Virus record (IMG/VR): IMGVR_UViG_3300017653_000221
Location: 1 to 35,888 of that record
DNA: 35,888 nt
Reading direction: 5' to 3' (one strand)
DNA from: a virus
Taxonomy: Duplodnaviria; Caudoviricetes
Shown here: positions 26,657 through 35,888 of the stretch, one piece after another
How positions within the stretch are numbered: position 1 is the first letter of the stretch
How the letters are laid out: each line of letters starts with the position of its first letter
Position numbers and translations under genes: made by a program
The notes under the pieces: generated by a model
Seen by the model: only the letters and a program-made list of their open reading frames with translations
What the model was told of the DNA's origin: nothing
Databases searched by the model: none

Positions 26657-27679
26657 TCACGCGTATTTTTTGTGCCACTGTTCGTATGTCATGTTGCCAG
26701 GAACGTAGATGGTATTGCCATCAGCATCCCTTGCGATTCGTTCACCAGGATCAATCTCGTCATCGAAATACGGCATGGTTGTGGTCCGACAATTCGTATG
26801 AAAGGGTGGATAATTGACTCCTACCTCCATCTCTGACAGTTTGAATACCTTACCGTCCATCGACTGGCAAATGTCACTCGTTCGATTGTCAAGCGTCGCC
26901 AAGACTTCGTATTTCTTCACTACGCCACTCGCTTTGTATCCGTCCATCGTTGCCTGCTCAGTGAAAAAAGCACTCTCGGTCTGTACCAAACGCTTGGCAT
27001 TGGAGTAAGAAACATTCATCCTTGCAGCAACTTCTCTAGATGTCCGGTCGATACTGTCTCCGCGAATAAATGACTGTGATATCTTGGTGTGCAGCTCAGT
27101 AGCAAGTTTATCTCTGTCACCCCAAATGCGCTTAGACCAGTTACTCCCCGCGAACTCAGTGCCAAGTACCTTTTTGAGTCCGGTGTCATCAATTTTTGCA
27201 AAGTTGACTCCAATTCCCGTTCCTTTTTGCACCTCGAACAGTGTCCGGTAATAGGTATCCTTGTAAACCTCGCCCAGAAGATCCTGTGCGCCATTCTGAC
27301 GGCTTGCAGCTAACAATTCGACTTGTTGCCTGACTTTGATCTGCAATGCCTCCAGGCGGCTTACACGTGTTCTGTAGTAGACGTTGTTCAGTTGCTTTGT
27401 CCAACGTCCGTCTGCGTTGTTTTTTGCTTTTCGGGTAAACTCCTGCAATGTCATGCGGAATTCTTTCAGCTCTCCAGCCGTTAGCTGCTTACGCGCCTCC
27501 GCCATGCCGACTTCGTTATTCAAGGCATACCTTGCATAAAACACTTCGATGTCGTGCTGTATACTCTGCAAGGAGCGTTCGTACTCGCGCAGTAGATCTT
27601 CGGAATACTGATCTGTCTTTGCATGCTGGCGCCGGGCTATCTGCTCGCTACGCTTTCGCCAGTATTCTGCCGGCTTCAT
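26657..27679 (-). CDS. Minor capsid protein (SPP1 gp7/Mu F-like)
   Basis: RLVQTE, ATLDNRTSDIC, PPFHTNCR. Confidence 0.9.
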   Translation of the reverse strand: MKPAEYWRKRSEQIARRQHAKTDQYSEDLLREYERSLQSIQHDIEVFYARYALNNEVGMAEARKQLTAGELKEFRMTLQEFTRKAKNNADGRWTKQLNNVYYRTRVSRLEALQIKVRQQVELLAASRQNGAQDLLGEVYKDTYYRTLFEVQKGTGIGVNFAKIDDTGLKKVLGTEFAGSNWSKRIWGDRDKLATELHTKISQSFIRGDSIDRTSREVAARMNVSYSNAKRLVQTESAFFTEQATMDGYKASGVVKKYEVLATLDNRTSDICQSMDGKVFKLSEMEVGVNYPPFHTNCRTTTMPYFDDEIDPGERIARDADGNTIYVPGNMTYEQWHKKYA

Positions 27680-29136
27680 GCTTCATCACCTGATGGTGGT
27701 GGATCGCTGCCAAATCCCGGATACTGGAGCACATCCTCAGAACGTTGTTTTTCCAAACGATCCAGTTCAGCGCGTGTATCCGTTACCCAAGGGTGATTGG
27801 CGACAATCGTCTCGTCAGAAATGATACCCACGCTATTCTTAGCATTCGTGATTGCGTCGGTTTCGTTGATCAAGATGTCCCGGTTAAAGATAAAGTCCAC
27901 CGTCATTTCGCTGTAGTCTGTACCGATTGTATTTGCGAGATGAACGTCAATAAACCAACGCATTTGCTCCAAACTGGCTTGGAACTCCGTCTCGATGATA
28001 TTGGCATCCATATCCAGGTCAGCGTACAGGAAACTGAGGGCAACGCCGCTCTTGTCGCCGCCGAATTTTTCCGACTGAGTATCTACACCACGGCCAAACT
28101 CGTAGATATCTCTCCGGTTCTGGTCCATATGCGTTTTGTAAGCCTCGGTGTCAATCTCCAGCGAGATTGTATCGACGCCTGCATTGCCATCAGGGTCATC
28201 AATCTTGATGATGCGGAAAGCTGACAGGTTCTTACGAATCTCCCCAGCCTCTGTGCCGCCGTACCCTTTGACAACATAGATACTGTTCGGCAAATCCTCC
28301 AGGTTGTTGGCGTTGTCGCTCTTTCGCGAGTCGTAATCATCAACCAATGATTTGATCAATTCGACAAGTGGCTGTTCTTCTTCGTTGTATTTCCATGCGA
28401 TAAACGGCACTCGCTCCCAGTTCATTCCCTGTTCACTTTCACCAATTCCCAAAACAGAGAAGTGAGTGCTTTCTGCGCCAGCCTCTACATCCGGAACAAG
28501 ACCGTTCTGCAAGACATATCGGCGCACTCCGTTTGTGTCCCACCACTCCACCTTGGTTACGGTGGTCCGCCGCAGCCCTTCGTAAACATCGACCTCGTAA
28601 ACCCGGATAACGGCATCCAGTTCAGTATGATCTGCGTCCTTCCAAAGTGGGATAATCTGCTCAGACGGAATCTTTTTGAACGACAGCGCCCCATCCTCGT
28701 CATAGAAGACGTGCAGCCAGGCAATTCCTTTATTGACCGCCTCTTTACCGATGTTTTGGAGCAGCCGAAGCATATTTTTTGAAAAGTATTCAGTCAACAG
28801 TTTCTGGTACTTGTCATCATCCGTCTGAATGGACAGTGGCTTTGCGAGTAAATAGCCTACCTTCTGATCCACAAGCTTTCGCACAAAGCCGTTTGCTAGT
28901 TTGTTGTTTGCGAGATTCCCAACCTGCTCCTTCGCTCCATTTGCTCCAATAGCTGTTCTTTCGCGATCCAAAACGTCTGTTTTGTTTCGGTAGTAGCGTT
29001 CGCCAGTAAGCATCCACTTTCGCTTCTCTGCATTCTTCCACTCGCCGACTTCCGTCTGGATGATCTGCTCAATGGTCATTGCCGACATTGCACCTGCTTC
29101 AATGATCGATGTTATTCGTCGCATTTCTTCTGTCAT
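27676..29136 (-). CDS. SPP1-type portal protein
   Basis: LVDQKVGYLL, VPFI, SGVALSFLY. Confidence 0.92.
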   Translation of the reverse strand: MTEEMRRITSIIEAGAMSAMTIEQIIQTEVGEWKNAEKRKWMLTGERYYRNKTDVLDRERTAIGANGAKEQVGNLANNKLANGFVRKLVDQKVGYLLAKPLSIQTDDDKYQKLLTEYFSKNMLRLLQNIGKEAVNKGIAWLHVFYDEDGALSFKKIPSEQIIPLWKDADHTELDAVIRVYEVDVYEGLRRTTVTKVEWWDTNGVRRYVLQNGLVPDVEAGAESTHFSVLGIGESEQGMNWERVPFIAWKYNEEEQPLVELIKSLVDDYDSRKSDNANNLEDLPNSIYVVKGYGGTEAGEIRKNLSAFRIIKIDDPDGNAGVDTISLEIDTEAYKTHMDQNRRDIYEFGRGVDTQSEKFGGDKSGVALSFLYADLDMDANIIETEFQASLEQMRWFIDVHLANTIGTDYSEMTVDFIFNRDILINETDAITNAKNSVGIISDETIVANHPWVTDTRAELDRLEKQRSEDVLQYPGFGSDPPPSGDEA

Positions 29137-29151
29137 GATCGTTCACCTCCC

Positions 29152-29261
29152 TTTGCATAATCGATGTATAAATCACATGAAACGGCTGGGAAATAATTAA
29201 TAGTCAATCCCTGAAAACCGCGCCGTCATTACATTTGCATAAACGATGCATAAATCAGATG
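29152..29261. repeat. 28-bp imperfect direct repeat pair (29152-29179, 29234-29261)
   Basis: tttgcataatcgatgtataaatcacatg versus tttgcataaacgatgcataaatcagatg, 3 mismatches. Confidence 0.85.
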
Positions 29262-29312
29262 GTGTGATAAATCCTAAACATCGAGCCATTGCTGTGTTTC
29301 CAAGTTTCTTTT

Positions 29313-29340
29313 GAGTCCGATGACCACTATTATGTTAACT
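29313..29340 (+). other. dif-like Xer recombination site
   Basis: GAGTCCGATGA-CCACTA-TTATGTTAACT; right arm close to the XerD/RipX arm (TTATGTTAAAT, TTATGTAAACT); left arm degenerate. Confidence 0.6.
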
Positions 29341-29368
29341 TGATTATGCATTTTCCTTGCATACTCAT

Positions 29369-30652
29369 CTACTCAAACGAAATGGCTCCGCCTTTCAAGT
29401 CCGACACCTCGTAGTCATCCAGCGCATACCAAATAGACGATAGAGTGTGAGGGTCGATGTTGAACTCATCTTCAATGATTTCCCCCTGCTTATCGACTGC
29501 GAAAGTAAGCTCCTTCAATTCCTCGATCGTGTTCGGGCACTGGTCGGAGCAGATGATTTTTTTGAATCGTTTGATCTTCTTAGTGTACTGCGCTCGGGAT
29601 CCCTGAAACTTCTTTGCCGGGCGCATGTTGAAGCCCTTCTGCCGGAAGTACCGTATCGTCTTTGGTTCCGCGCTATCCGCCTTGATCAGTTCGCCAGACA
29701 CTCTGAACTCATCTATCTCCTCTGCCGTCCGGTCATCCGTCATCTGGTTCTTGTAGTACTCCCAGTAGATGTACAGGATCTTCTGATCATGATCGACAGC
29801 CATGCGCAGCAGGGCGTTGTAGGACGTTTGAAAACCGAAGTCCATGCCTGCCCTCATGATCGGCTTTCGGATGTCGCGTATGGCAGACATAACCGCCTCG
29901 TGCGGCTGTGTTTGGAATTGAGGGAGCACAACGGTGCCATTAACGCCAAACTGCCCTTTACGGGCGATTCTGTGCAGATCAGGGTCGTGTAGTTCCAACT
30001 CATCCAGCTGCTCGATGTAGCTCGGCGGCAAGAACAGATTATCGTCAGCAACCGAATGGTGGTAGTACGTGTTATTCGCCACAACGATTCGGTCCCGGTA
30101 CAAGATAACATCGTCTAGGACATGTAGCTTTTTCTTGGTGTCTTTGAAGAAATACTTGTAGCACCAGTTAGCTGTGCTGACCGGGTTAGTCGACAGGATC
30201 ATGTGCAAAGGTAACGTCGGGTGACGCAAGCGTCCCAGAAGCTCCTTGAACCCCTCGTACTTCACTTCAGAACATTCTTCCACCCATACGATGGAGACGT
30301 TATTGATGGACTTGAGCTTTGCAGGCTTGTCCATGCCCTTGAAAATGATCTTGCTGCCATTTGGAAACCTGATTTGCATGGGAGACGTGATGCACTTGAT
30401 CGTCCCATCCAGCCCCAAGTCAGTCACGATTTCTTCAAGCAGCGAGTAGGTAGAGTCGCGGTGAGTATCGTAAACCTCACGCACAACCAACGCGGTTCGC
30501 TTCTCGTCCAGCAGCTTCAGGATGAGCTTAAGAGCTACGTGGTAACTCTTCGAGGATCCGTAGCCACCGACTAAGAAATAGAACTTGTGCTGCCAGTCGA
30601 AAAGGAAATCCTCGAAATGCGGGTTTACCTCTTTCTCGATCATTTCGATCAT
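29369..30652 (-). CDS. PBSX-family terminase large subunit
   Basis: [28 protein letters not shown]. Confidence 0.95.
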   Translation of the reverse strand: MIEMIEKEVNPHFEDFLFDWQHKFYFLVGGYGSSKSYHVALKLILKLLDEKRTALVVREVYDTHRDSTYSLLEEIVTDLGLDGTIKCITSPMQIRFPNGSKIIFKGMDKPAKLKSINNVSIVWVEECSEVKYEGFKELLGRLRHPTLPLHMILSTNPVSTANWCYKYFFKDTKKKLHVLDDVILYRDRIVVANNTYYHHSVADDNLFLPPSYIEQLDELELHDPDLHRIARKGQFGVNGTVVLPQFQTQPHEAVMSAIRDIRKPIMRAGMDFGFQTSYNALLRMAVDHDQKILYIYWEYYKNQMTDDRTAEEIDEFRVSGELIKADSAEPKTIRYFRQKGFNMRPAKKFQGSRAQYTKKIKRFKKIICSDQCPNTIEELKELTFAVDKQGEIIEDEFNIDPHTLSSIWYALDDYEVSDLKGGAISFE

Positions 30653-31386
30653 GTGGCATCACCTTTTCGCTTGATGACGATCTGGATTGGTTTGTCGGTA
30701 TCAGCCGTTGCCTTTTGTTTCAGGATCTCGACTTCGCCTTTCAGCTTAGCAATTTGCAAAAGCTGCTCTTCAGTAGCAAGCCCCTTGTTGCATAAGTCCT
30801 CATATTGACGAATGAGGGATTGCAGGGTAGCCATTGCGCGGGATTGAGCCTGCAAGAAAATAGCATGCTTGTCCCAGGCGTGTTGGTATTCAAATTCGAC
30901 TTCATCACCGAACATACCGGGCTTATGCTTTTTCAGTACTTTGGTTTCATCCTGCTGATCTTGAACAAACATGATCTGCTGGGCCCGGATGATAGCCGTG
31001 TACTGGATCACGATGTTATCCCAGAGCATGTCCAGCGGCGACCTCGTTTCGATCTGCTCCATGATCTCAATTGTCTCAGCTGGGAAGTACTTACGAAAAA
31101 AGCCATGGGTCACGGCGTTGCCGTTTCCTTTTGGAGCAGCTCCACCTTTGTTGCCTTCAGCGTTCTTGTTCCCTTTCGGAGCTCCAGCGTGTGACTCAGT
31201 TTTCTTTGCAGTACTACGTTCGCCTGATTGTAGTACTACATTCCACTGATCACGACTCTTCCAGTTGCTGATGGTCTTTTCTTTTTCGTCCAGCATCTCG
31301 GCTAGTTCTCGGTTGCTTATGTTACCTTTGCGTTCCAGCCATATCTGCAGGGCTTTATCTCTGTTTGGGCTGCGTGCTTTCGCCAC
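30649..31386 (-). CDS. Terminase small subunit
   Basis: [21 protein letters not shown] and GNGNAVTHG repeats. Confidence 0.9.
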   Translation of the reverse strand: MAKARSPNRDKALQIWLERKGNISNRELAEMLDEKEKTISNWKSRDQWNVVLQSGERSTAKKTESHAGAPKGNKNAEGNKGGAAPKGNGNAVTHGFFRKYFPAETIEIMEQIETRSPLDMLWDNIVIQYTAIIRAQQIMFVQDQQDETKVLKKHKPGMFGDEVEFEYQHAWDKHAIFLQAQSRAMATLQSLIRQYEDLCNKGLATEEQLLQIAKLKGEVEILKQKATADTDKPIQIVIKRKGDAT

Positions 31387-31577
31387 TACATCATCACCAC
31401 CACCTGATTGAGTTTGTTTTGCGAACTAACGAAAAGTAAGAGAGGTAAACGAGAGTTACCATAAGGTAAACGCCATTTACCCCCTAAAAACATCGGTTAA
31501 GCCTTGTGGCTGTAAGGTTTAAGATGCATCAAGTCTCGCGGAATATCTTAATATCTATATTCCGCAGCAGTTTCGAC

Positions 31578-32096
31578 CTAGACATCCTCTTCTTCCCACA
31601 CGTCAGCTTCACTCTGAAATGCCTGTAGTAACGAGTCATCCGGTTTTCTTCCGAAGAGAGCGTAGCGCGGGTTTATTACGATGCCCACTCGCTTGCTTCC
31701 TACAGTCAGATAACCGATAACCCGGTATTCCTCCAGCTTACGGACCGTCCGGATCCGAAACGGCTTTGACACTCCAACGATCCCGTCGATCATCGCCCAG
31801 GAGAGTGGACGACCTTTTTCTCCGTTCTCTCCATCCCCGACGAGTACATTGGTTTCCCAATCCATCAGGCAGATCAGAGAAAATAAAAAACCACGCTCCT
31901 GCATGTCAAGACGGTTAAAATACAGCCGCTTTTGATCTCTCGCTGAGCGCAGTTTGATATGCTTCGCCATACGTCCGCCTTTTGAGGCATCGAACACCTT
32001 CACGACCTCTGTACGACGGCGCAGGACGGTTTCGGGTACTAGCTTCTCTCCAGTGGCGGTATCTACATAGCTGTAGCCGATTCTCTCGATTGTCAT
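31578..32096 (-). CDS. Winged-helix protein, RepL-like
   Basis: VDTATGE N-terminus, C-terminal HTH-like segment, IVINPRY; GGTGGTGAG RBS. Confidence 0.55.
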   Translation of the reverse strand: MTIERIGYSYVDTATGEKLVPETVLRRRTEVVKVFDASKGGRMAKHIKLRSARDQKRLYFNRLDMQERGFLFSLICLMDWETNVLVGDGENGEKGRPLSWAMIDGIVGVSKPFRIRTVRKLEEYRVIGYLTVGSKRVGIVINPRYALFGRKPDDSLLQAFQSEADVWEEEDV

Positions 32097-32133
32097 TACA
32101 TACTCACCACCACCGTTATTTAGTCGTATGTTT

Positions 32134-32532
32134 CTAAGGTTGGGCGTTATCATCTTTATATGCAATTTCAATTCTTATCTTGAAACGATGTTCGCAAGGA
32201 CCGTAATTTTTCCTGCCTTTCGGAGAACCATGGTACCCACGACAATACTCGGTTGTTTCGTATTCCGTTTCGCCTTTCGACTCCATATTTCTAAGGAGTG
32301 TTCCCAGATCAAATCCTCCTCCGTAACAACGGGAGTTGCGACAATCGATATACTCGCCTGCGGTTGATTTATTGAAGGATCTTTTTCGGCCAACCGAAGA
32401 GAAATCCTCGAATTCCTCCACAGTAACCCTGATGTCTTCAATTCCAGGGAATGCTCGCTCAAATGAAGTCTTTTGAGCAAGAAAATAGTTAGTTTCCCGA
32501 AAGATATCACTTGCTTTTTGCCGTTTTTCCAT
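32134..32532 (-). CDS. Four-cysteine hypothetical moron protein
   Basis: AGGAGGGG RBS; CRNSRCYGGGF...CRGYHGSPKGRKNYGPC. Confidence 0.75.
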   Translation of the reverse strand: MEKRQKASDIFRETNYFLAQKTSFERAFPGIEDIRVTVEEFEDFSSVGRKRSFNKSTAGEYIDCRNSRCYGGGFDLGTLLRNMESKGETEYETTEYCRGYHGSPKGRKNYGPCEHRFKIRIEIAYKDDNAQP

Positions 32533-32554
32533 AATACCCCTCCTCATCGTCACA

Positions 32555-32582
32555 CTTCGACAATAGGAAGGGATTTCCTTCT
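32555..32582 (-). promoter_or_regulatory. SigH-like promoter for the four-cysteine gene
   Basis: GAAGGAAAT-11 nt-GTCGAAG on the minus strand. Confidence 0.5.
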
Positions 32583-32585
32583 ATG

Positions 32586-32720
32586 CTATTCCTTAACTCT
32601 CTTCTTCCGCATCCACTTTCTTTTCTCTTTCTCCCGGTACGCGCGCACGCAGTCTTCCCACTCTACAAGTTTACCGTCAGATGTAGTCGGCATCGTTATC
32701 TTGACCAGAGTCATTCCCAT
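32586..32720 (-). CDS. 44-aa basic hypothetical protein
   Basis: GAGAGGTGA RBS; MGMTLVKITMPTTSDGKLVEWEDCVRAYREKEKRKW. Confidence 0.6.
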   Translation of the reverse strand: MGMTLVKITMPTTSDGKLVEWEDCVRAYREKEKRKWMRKKRVKE

Positions 32721-33064
32721 TGTTTTCACCTCTCCATTATCGTGAGATCTACTGGACAAGGGGCGAGGGGCCAGAGCCGTAGGTCTCGCGTTTGTATCCC
32801 CTGTCCGCTAAATCTCGTTGTCGCCGTCAACGTACACCCAAGCAGAGAGGTTATGTCCGTGATTGCGACGACAGTAAATTCATGCGTAAATCGCAAATCA
32901 ATTCCCCGCACCCTTCGCCGCAACTACATGGCATGACCGTGTTTATTCACATCATGCGTGCTTAGGGCTCCTGCTGCTCTGCTTGGTAAACCTGCAGCTC
33001 TCATTGCCCACTCGACATGTACCGGTACGCCGTTGATAAGGGAAAGGCGATGTCTCCCAAGGGT

Positions 33065-33170
33065 TTTCCCCTTATACCAAGGGTACCGATTCCCACTGGA
33101 AAAAACGTCCATGGTTTTATCCCTGATTTTGTCCTGCTTTTTGTCCGGGTTTTGTCGTGATTTTCTCGCC
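33065..33170 (-). promoter_or_regulatory. Probable ArpU-activated late promoter with phased repeats
   Basis: TTTTATCC/TTTTGTCC/TTTTGTCC/TTTTGTCG at about 12-13 bp spacing directly downstream of arpU. Confidence 0.55.
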
Positions 33171-33185
33171 AAATAAAAAAGGCAC

Positions 33186-33572
33186 TCAAATGATGCTGAG
33201 TGCCGTAGCGATTTGAAAGATCGCCTCTTTCTTTTTGGTATAATACTGGTCCTTCGTCAGGCCCATGTCCAGGTAAATGTTGATGTCGTTGACTCTGGTT
33301 GGGCTCAGGTACTTCTCTTCGATGATTCTGCGCTCGATCTCATCCAGCGAATACTCCAATGCCCGTTCGATCTGTTTGGCCTTTAGTTCATTCTTGGTAT
33401 CCGACTGATGCAGCCGAGGAAACAATTGATCTATTCCCTTCTCTGTCTGCTCTTGTTTATTCTGTACGGCGACTCGCAGGGCTTTATAGGATTTCAACTC
33501 CTTGACTACGGCCTTCTGAACCTCTCTCTCGTTTATTGGTTGCAGAAAAGACAGTTGTTCTTGTGCACTCAT
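33186..33572 (-). CDS. ArpU/RinA-family late transcription activator
   Basis: LDEIERRIIEEKYL, YYTKKKEAIFQIATAL; upstream of terminases. Confidence 0.9.
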   Translation of the reverse strand: MSAQEQLSFLQPINEREVQKAVVKELKSYKALRVAVQNKQEQTEKGIDQLFPRLHQSDTKNELKAKQIERALEYSLDEIERRIIEEKYLSPTRVNDINIYLDMGLTKDQYYTKKKEAIFQIATALSII

Positions 33573-33651
33573 CTTTCATTTCCCCCTCGCCGTGGTATAA
33601 TGTGGTTATCCGAACACACATTTGGCTCCCTGCGAGGGGGCTTTTCTTTTT

Positions 33652-34194
33652 TTACGCAGTTATTCCTGTGCTGCCAAAGGCTCCACTTCCGCGCTCTGTA
33701 TCGTCTAGCTCGTCCACCACTTCAAATTCAGCTTTACAGACCGGAGCTATTACGCCTTGGGCGATGCGGTCTCCTTTGCGGATGATGTAAGTTCCGTCTG
33801 GAAAATCTCCAGGTTGTGAATTTATTACTGTTACAGTTTTTCCGTCTAGTCCATATGGGTTGGTATCGGTCCAACCAAGAGAAGGATAAATATTATCCAC
33901 CAGTACGCAAATCTCACCGCGATACCCTGCATCAATCGTTCCTGGCGCATTACTGATCCGCAGTTTCGTCTTCGCGCTCACTCCCGAACGCGGCCTGACT
34001 TGCAACTCATATCCAGGCGGCAACGCCATTGCCAATCCAGTACGCACCTTAACACTTTCCCCTGGAGCAATCAGCGTATCCTCCACGGCTACCAGATCAA
34101 ATCCAGCATCCAGTTCCCGTGCATATTTTGGTATCACTGCATCTGGATGTAGTTTTTTGATCTTAACATTCACTTTCAGCTTTTCGTTTGTCAC
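33652..34194 (-). CDS. dut: Trimeric dUTPase
   Basis: AGFDL, RPRSG, GTIDAGYRGE, RIAQG, RGSGAFGSTG. Confidence 0.95.
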   Translation of the reverse strand: MTNEKLKVNVKIKKLHPDAVIPKYARELDAGFDLVAVEDTLIAPGESVKVRTGLAMALPPGYELQVRPRSGVSAKTKLRISNAPGTIDAGYRGEICVLVDNIYPSLGWTDTNPYGLDGKTVTVINSQPGDFPDGTYIIRKGDRIAQGVIAPVCKAEFEVVDELDDTERGSGAFGSTGITA

Positions 34195-34444
34195 GCTTGC
34201 TCCCTCCTGTACTCCTGAAATAAGGTCGTTGTCTTAACTTCCTAATCAGAACTAATAACACTCCATAAACTACAACCAAAAACGCGAGCGCGATAACTAT
34301 AGATGTAATCACTAAATTTTGGTCCCACCCTGTGATGTAAGAGACTAATCCGGCTACGACCGTTAACAGGACGGCTGCAATGGCGTTTTCCCAAGAGAAG
34401 GCTTCCTTCCATGCGGCTACCGCTGATCTCCAGATGTTTTTCAT
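34163..34444 (-). CDS. Two-TM membrane protein
   Basis: Two hydrophobic helices; coupled ORF. Confidence 0.65.
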   Translation of the reverse strand: MKNIWRSAVAAWKEAFSWENAIAAVLLTVVAGLVSYITGWDQNLVITSIVIALAFLVVVYGVLLVLIRKLRQRPYFRSTGGSKRDKRKAESEC

Positions 34445-34815
34445 GACCGTACCTCTATCCCCTTTGTCTGCAGGTATGCCAGACTTACCGCATGCGGCGC
34501 CGTTCCGCCAACTGGAGGTTTAATCGCTCTAATCCTTGGCATGCTCAACCAGTCGTCGGAATCCTCACAAAATTTCCATGCCCGCCCAATGTATCTACCA
34601 TCTTTACAATGTTCATATTCAAGGTAAATCCCCTGCTTCCGCGCCTCCTCCACCAGCACGCCCATGCCTTCCCAGGTGGTGGAGAATTTCGGCAGCTCTC
34701 CCTTATAGGTGGCATTGTGTGACCATGTTTCGTGCTTCTCAGAGAATACCCATCCAAGCGTTTCTGCTACCAGCACATCCAACTCACCTGGTTCCAACTC
34801 ACGTCCTGTTTGCAT
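34441..34815 (-). CDS. Phage protein, ABA-sandwich/BC1872-like
   Basis: ELDVLVAETLGW, PKFSTTW, TAPHAVSLAYL. Confidence 0.7.
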   Translation of the reverse strand: MQTGRELEPGELDVLVAETLGWVFSEKHETWSHNATYKGELPKFSTTWEGMGVLVEEARKQGIYLEYEHCKDGRYIGRAWKFCEDSDDWLSMPRIRAIKPPVGGTAPHAVSLAYLQTKGIEVRS

Positions 34816-35201
34816 CAGTTGCCCACCTCCAGCAACTTGGGGTTCTCGTAGATGTTGCCGATTACCTCTACACCCAGTTTGAAAGTCTCCTCGTCCAGAG
34901 CCCAGTAACTGTCTATTTTGGTTCTTGCAACATAGGAAGCTGACTTTGAGTCATACTCAATTACGCACCTGTCACCATAGATGAGGGCAATGTCCCCCTC
35001 ATAAATCTCCTTGCCGTTCTTATCGCGGAGGCCGGTATATCGTTGCCTAGCTACTAATTCAAAACGTAAGCTGTCCCATTTAAACGTCTTTGACCAATCG
35101 TTTCGTTCCATATCATCAATTGTGATGATAGCGGTCTGTACTTCTTTTGTTTTGGGATGTTTGAATACATACCTAAACTTGATCTCACGTCCTGCTTGCA
35201 T
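34815..35201 (-). CDS. YopX family protein
   Basis: REIKFR, YTGLRDKNGKEIYEGDI, EVIGNIYENPKLL. Confidence 0.92.
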   Translation of the reverse strand: MQAGREIKFRYVFKHPKTKEVQTAIITIDDMERNDWSKTFKWDSLRFELVARQRYTGLRDKNGKEIYEGDIALIYGDRCVIEYDSKSASYVARTKIDSYWALDEETFKLGVEVIGNIYENPKLLEVGN

Positions 35202-35214
35202 CCCGTTACCCTCC

Positions 35215-35544
35215 TCAATCCATCTGTTCAAAGGTAAGTGCATCCCACCCACGGTCATTTAAAGTCTTTGCCATTATCTCGACTGCTTTTGCTCGCTTGT
35301 CACCTTGTCCACCAGATGTTGGGGTTATGAAGTATCCTTGTCTGAGCCACTGACTTTTTCTTCGGCAGTATAGGCCAGCCTTGTGGATCGCGGCTAAGAC
35401 CGATCTTTCTCTTGCTCGTGGAAGTCTCAAAAAAACTGAATCTCGATTTGCTGTGCCTCCATCGCTTATTTTCGCAGTTGCTTGGCAAGCGACATCATTT
35501 GCATAGTGCAAATCCGCTACCAATTTATCGTAATTTGTTGCCAT
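35215..35544 (-). CDS. Hypothetical phage protein
   Basis: GGGAGG RBS; DGGTANRD and GQGDKR motifs. Confidence 0.7.
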   Translation of the reverse strand: MATNYDKLVADLHYANDVACQATAKISDGGTANRDSVFLRLPRARERSVLAAIHKAGLYCRRKSQWLRQGYFITPTSGGQGDKRAKAVEIMAKTLNDRGWDALTFEQMD

Positions 35545-35603
35545 CCCGTTCCCTCCCATAGGCACCGATCCGTGCAGATCTATTTATCAAAAGTAATGAA
35601 ATG

Positions 35604-35888
35604 TTAAATGATCGATTTCCACTTTGCCCAATAATCCCAGTCAAAACCTTCTTCTCTTGGCGAACACAATTCCGTTCGGTCGTGATCCACTACCGCAATT
35701 ACCTTTTTAATCACTTCGTAATCCTCGAAGCCGTCATTACTTTTGGCAATTTCGACAAAGGTCTCGTTAGCCTGAACACCTTCAGTCATCAAATCGTCTT
35801 TCCAACGCTCATACACTTTTTCCGCTGCTTCGAGCGAGTCAAATTCTTTTGAGCAATCCATATCTGTATGCACACGGTATTTAACCAT
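35604..35888 (-). CDS. Hypothetical acidic phage protein (start at window edge)
   Basis: 94-aa ORF on the phage coding strand. Confidence 0.6.
   Translation of the reverse strand: MVKYRVHTDMDCSKEFDSLEAAEKVYERWKDDLMTEGVQANETFVEIAKSNDGFEDYEVIKKVIAVVDHDRTELCSPREEGFDWDYWAKWKSII

Larger units (their letters stand above)
376..35888. mobile_element. sigK-intervening (skin-like) myovirus prophage, continuing past the window end
   Basis: Recombinase next to split sigK, followed by lysis, contractile tail, head, terminase and ArpU modules. Confidence 0.93.

Noticed and set aside
29152-29261. Mini CRISPR array
   Set aside because: Only two imperfect copies, a 54-bp spacer and no cas genes
32726-33189. 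Short ORFs 32726-32923, 32924-33172 and 33001-33189, or tRNA genes
   Set aside because: No convincing RBS or recognisable motifs; no cloverleaf or T-loop consensus seen
10-35852. Many antisense and alternate-frame ORFs in the track (e.g. 623-1213, 27745-28224, 29447-29992)
   Set aside because: Shadows of well-supported genes on the opposite strand

Overview
The window is one end of a large PBSX/skin-like myovirus prophage inserted in the mother-cell sigma factor gene sigK of a spore-forming Bacillales host (Brevibacillus/Paenibacillaceae-like by my impression; not proven). Bases 1-375 hold the 3' half of sigK, followed by the att junction, a SpoIVCA-type large serine recombinase and an overlapping candidate directionality factor. 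An accessory region (about 2.0-8.7 kb) carries an XRE regulator, a pilin-like plus VirD4/HerA-like ATPase operon with no relaxase, a LexA-boxed WYL/HTH/YolD operon, a Gly/Pro repeat protein and a HipA-like kinase-DUF3037 pair. Lysis, tail, baseplate, head, packaging, ArpU and middle genes follow on the minus strand. Unannotated signals include a dif-like site with flanking repeats, anti-SD hairpins on moron genes, an inverted-repeat-flanked antisense moron, a -1 frameshift and two probable gene lesions. All family calls come from motif recognition and synteny; no database searches were run.
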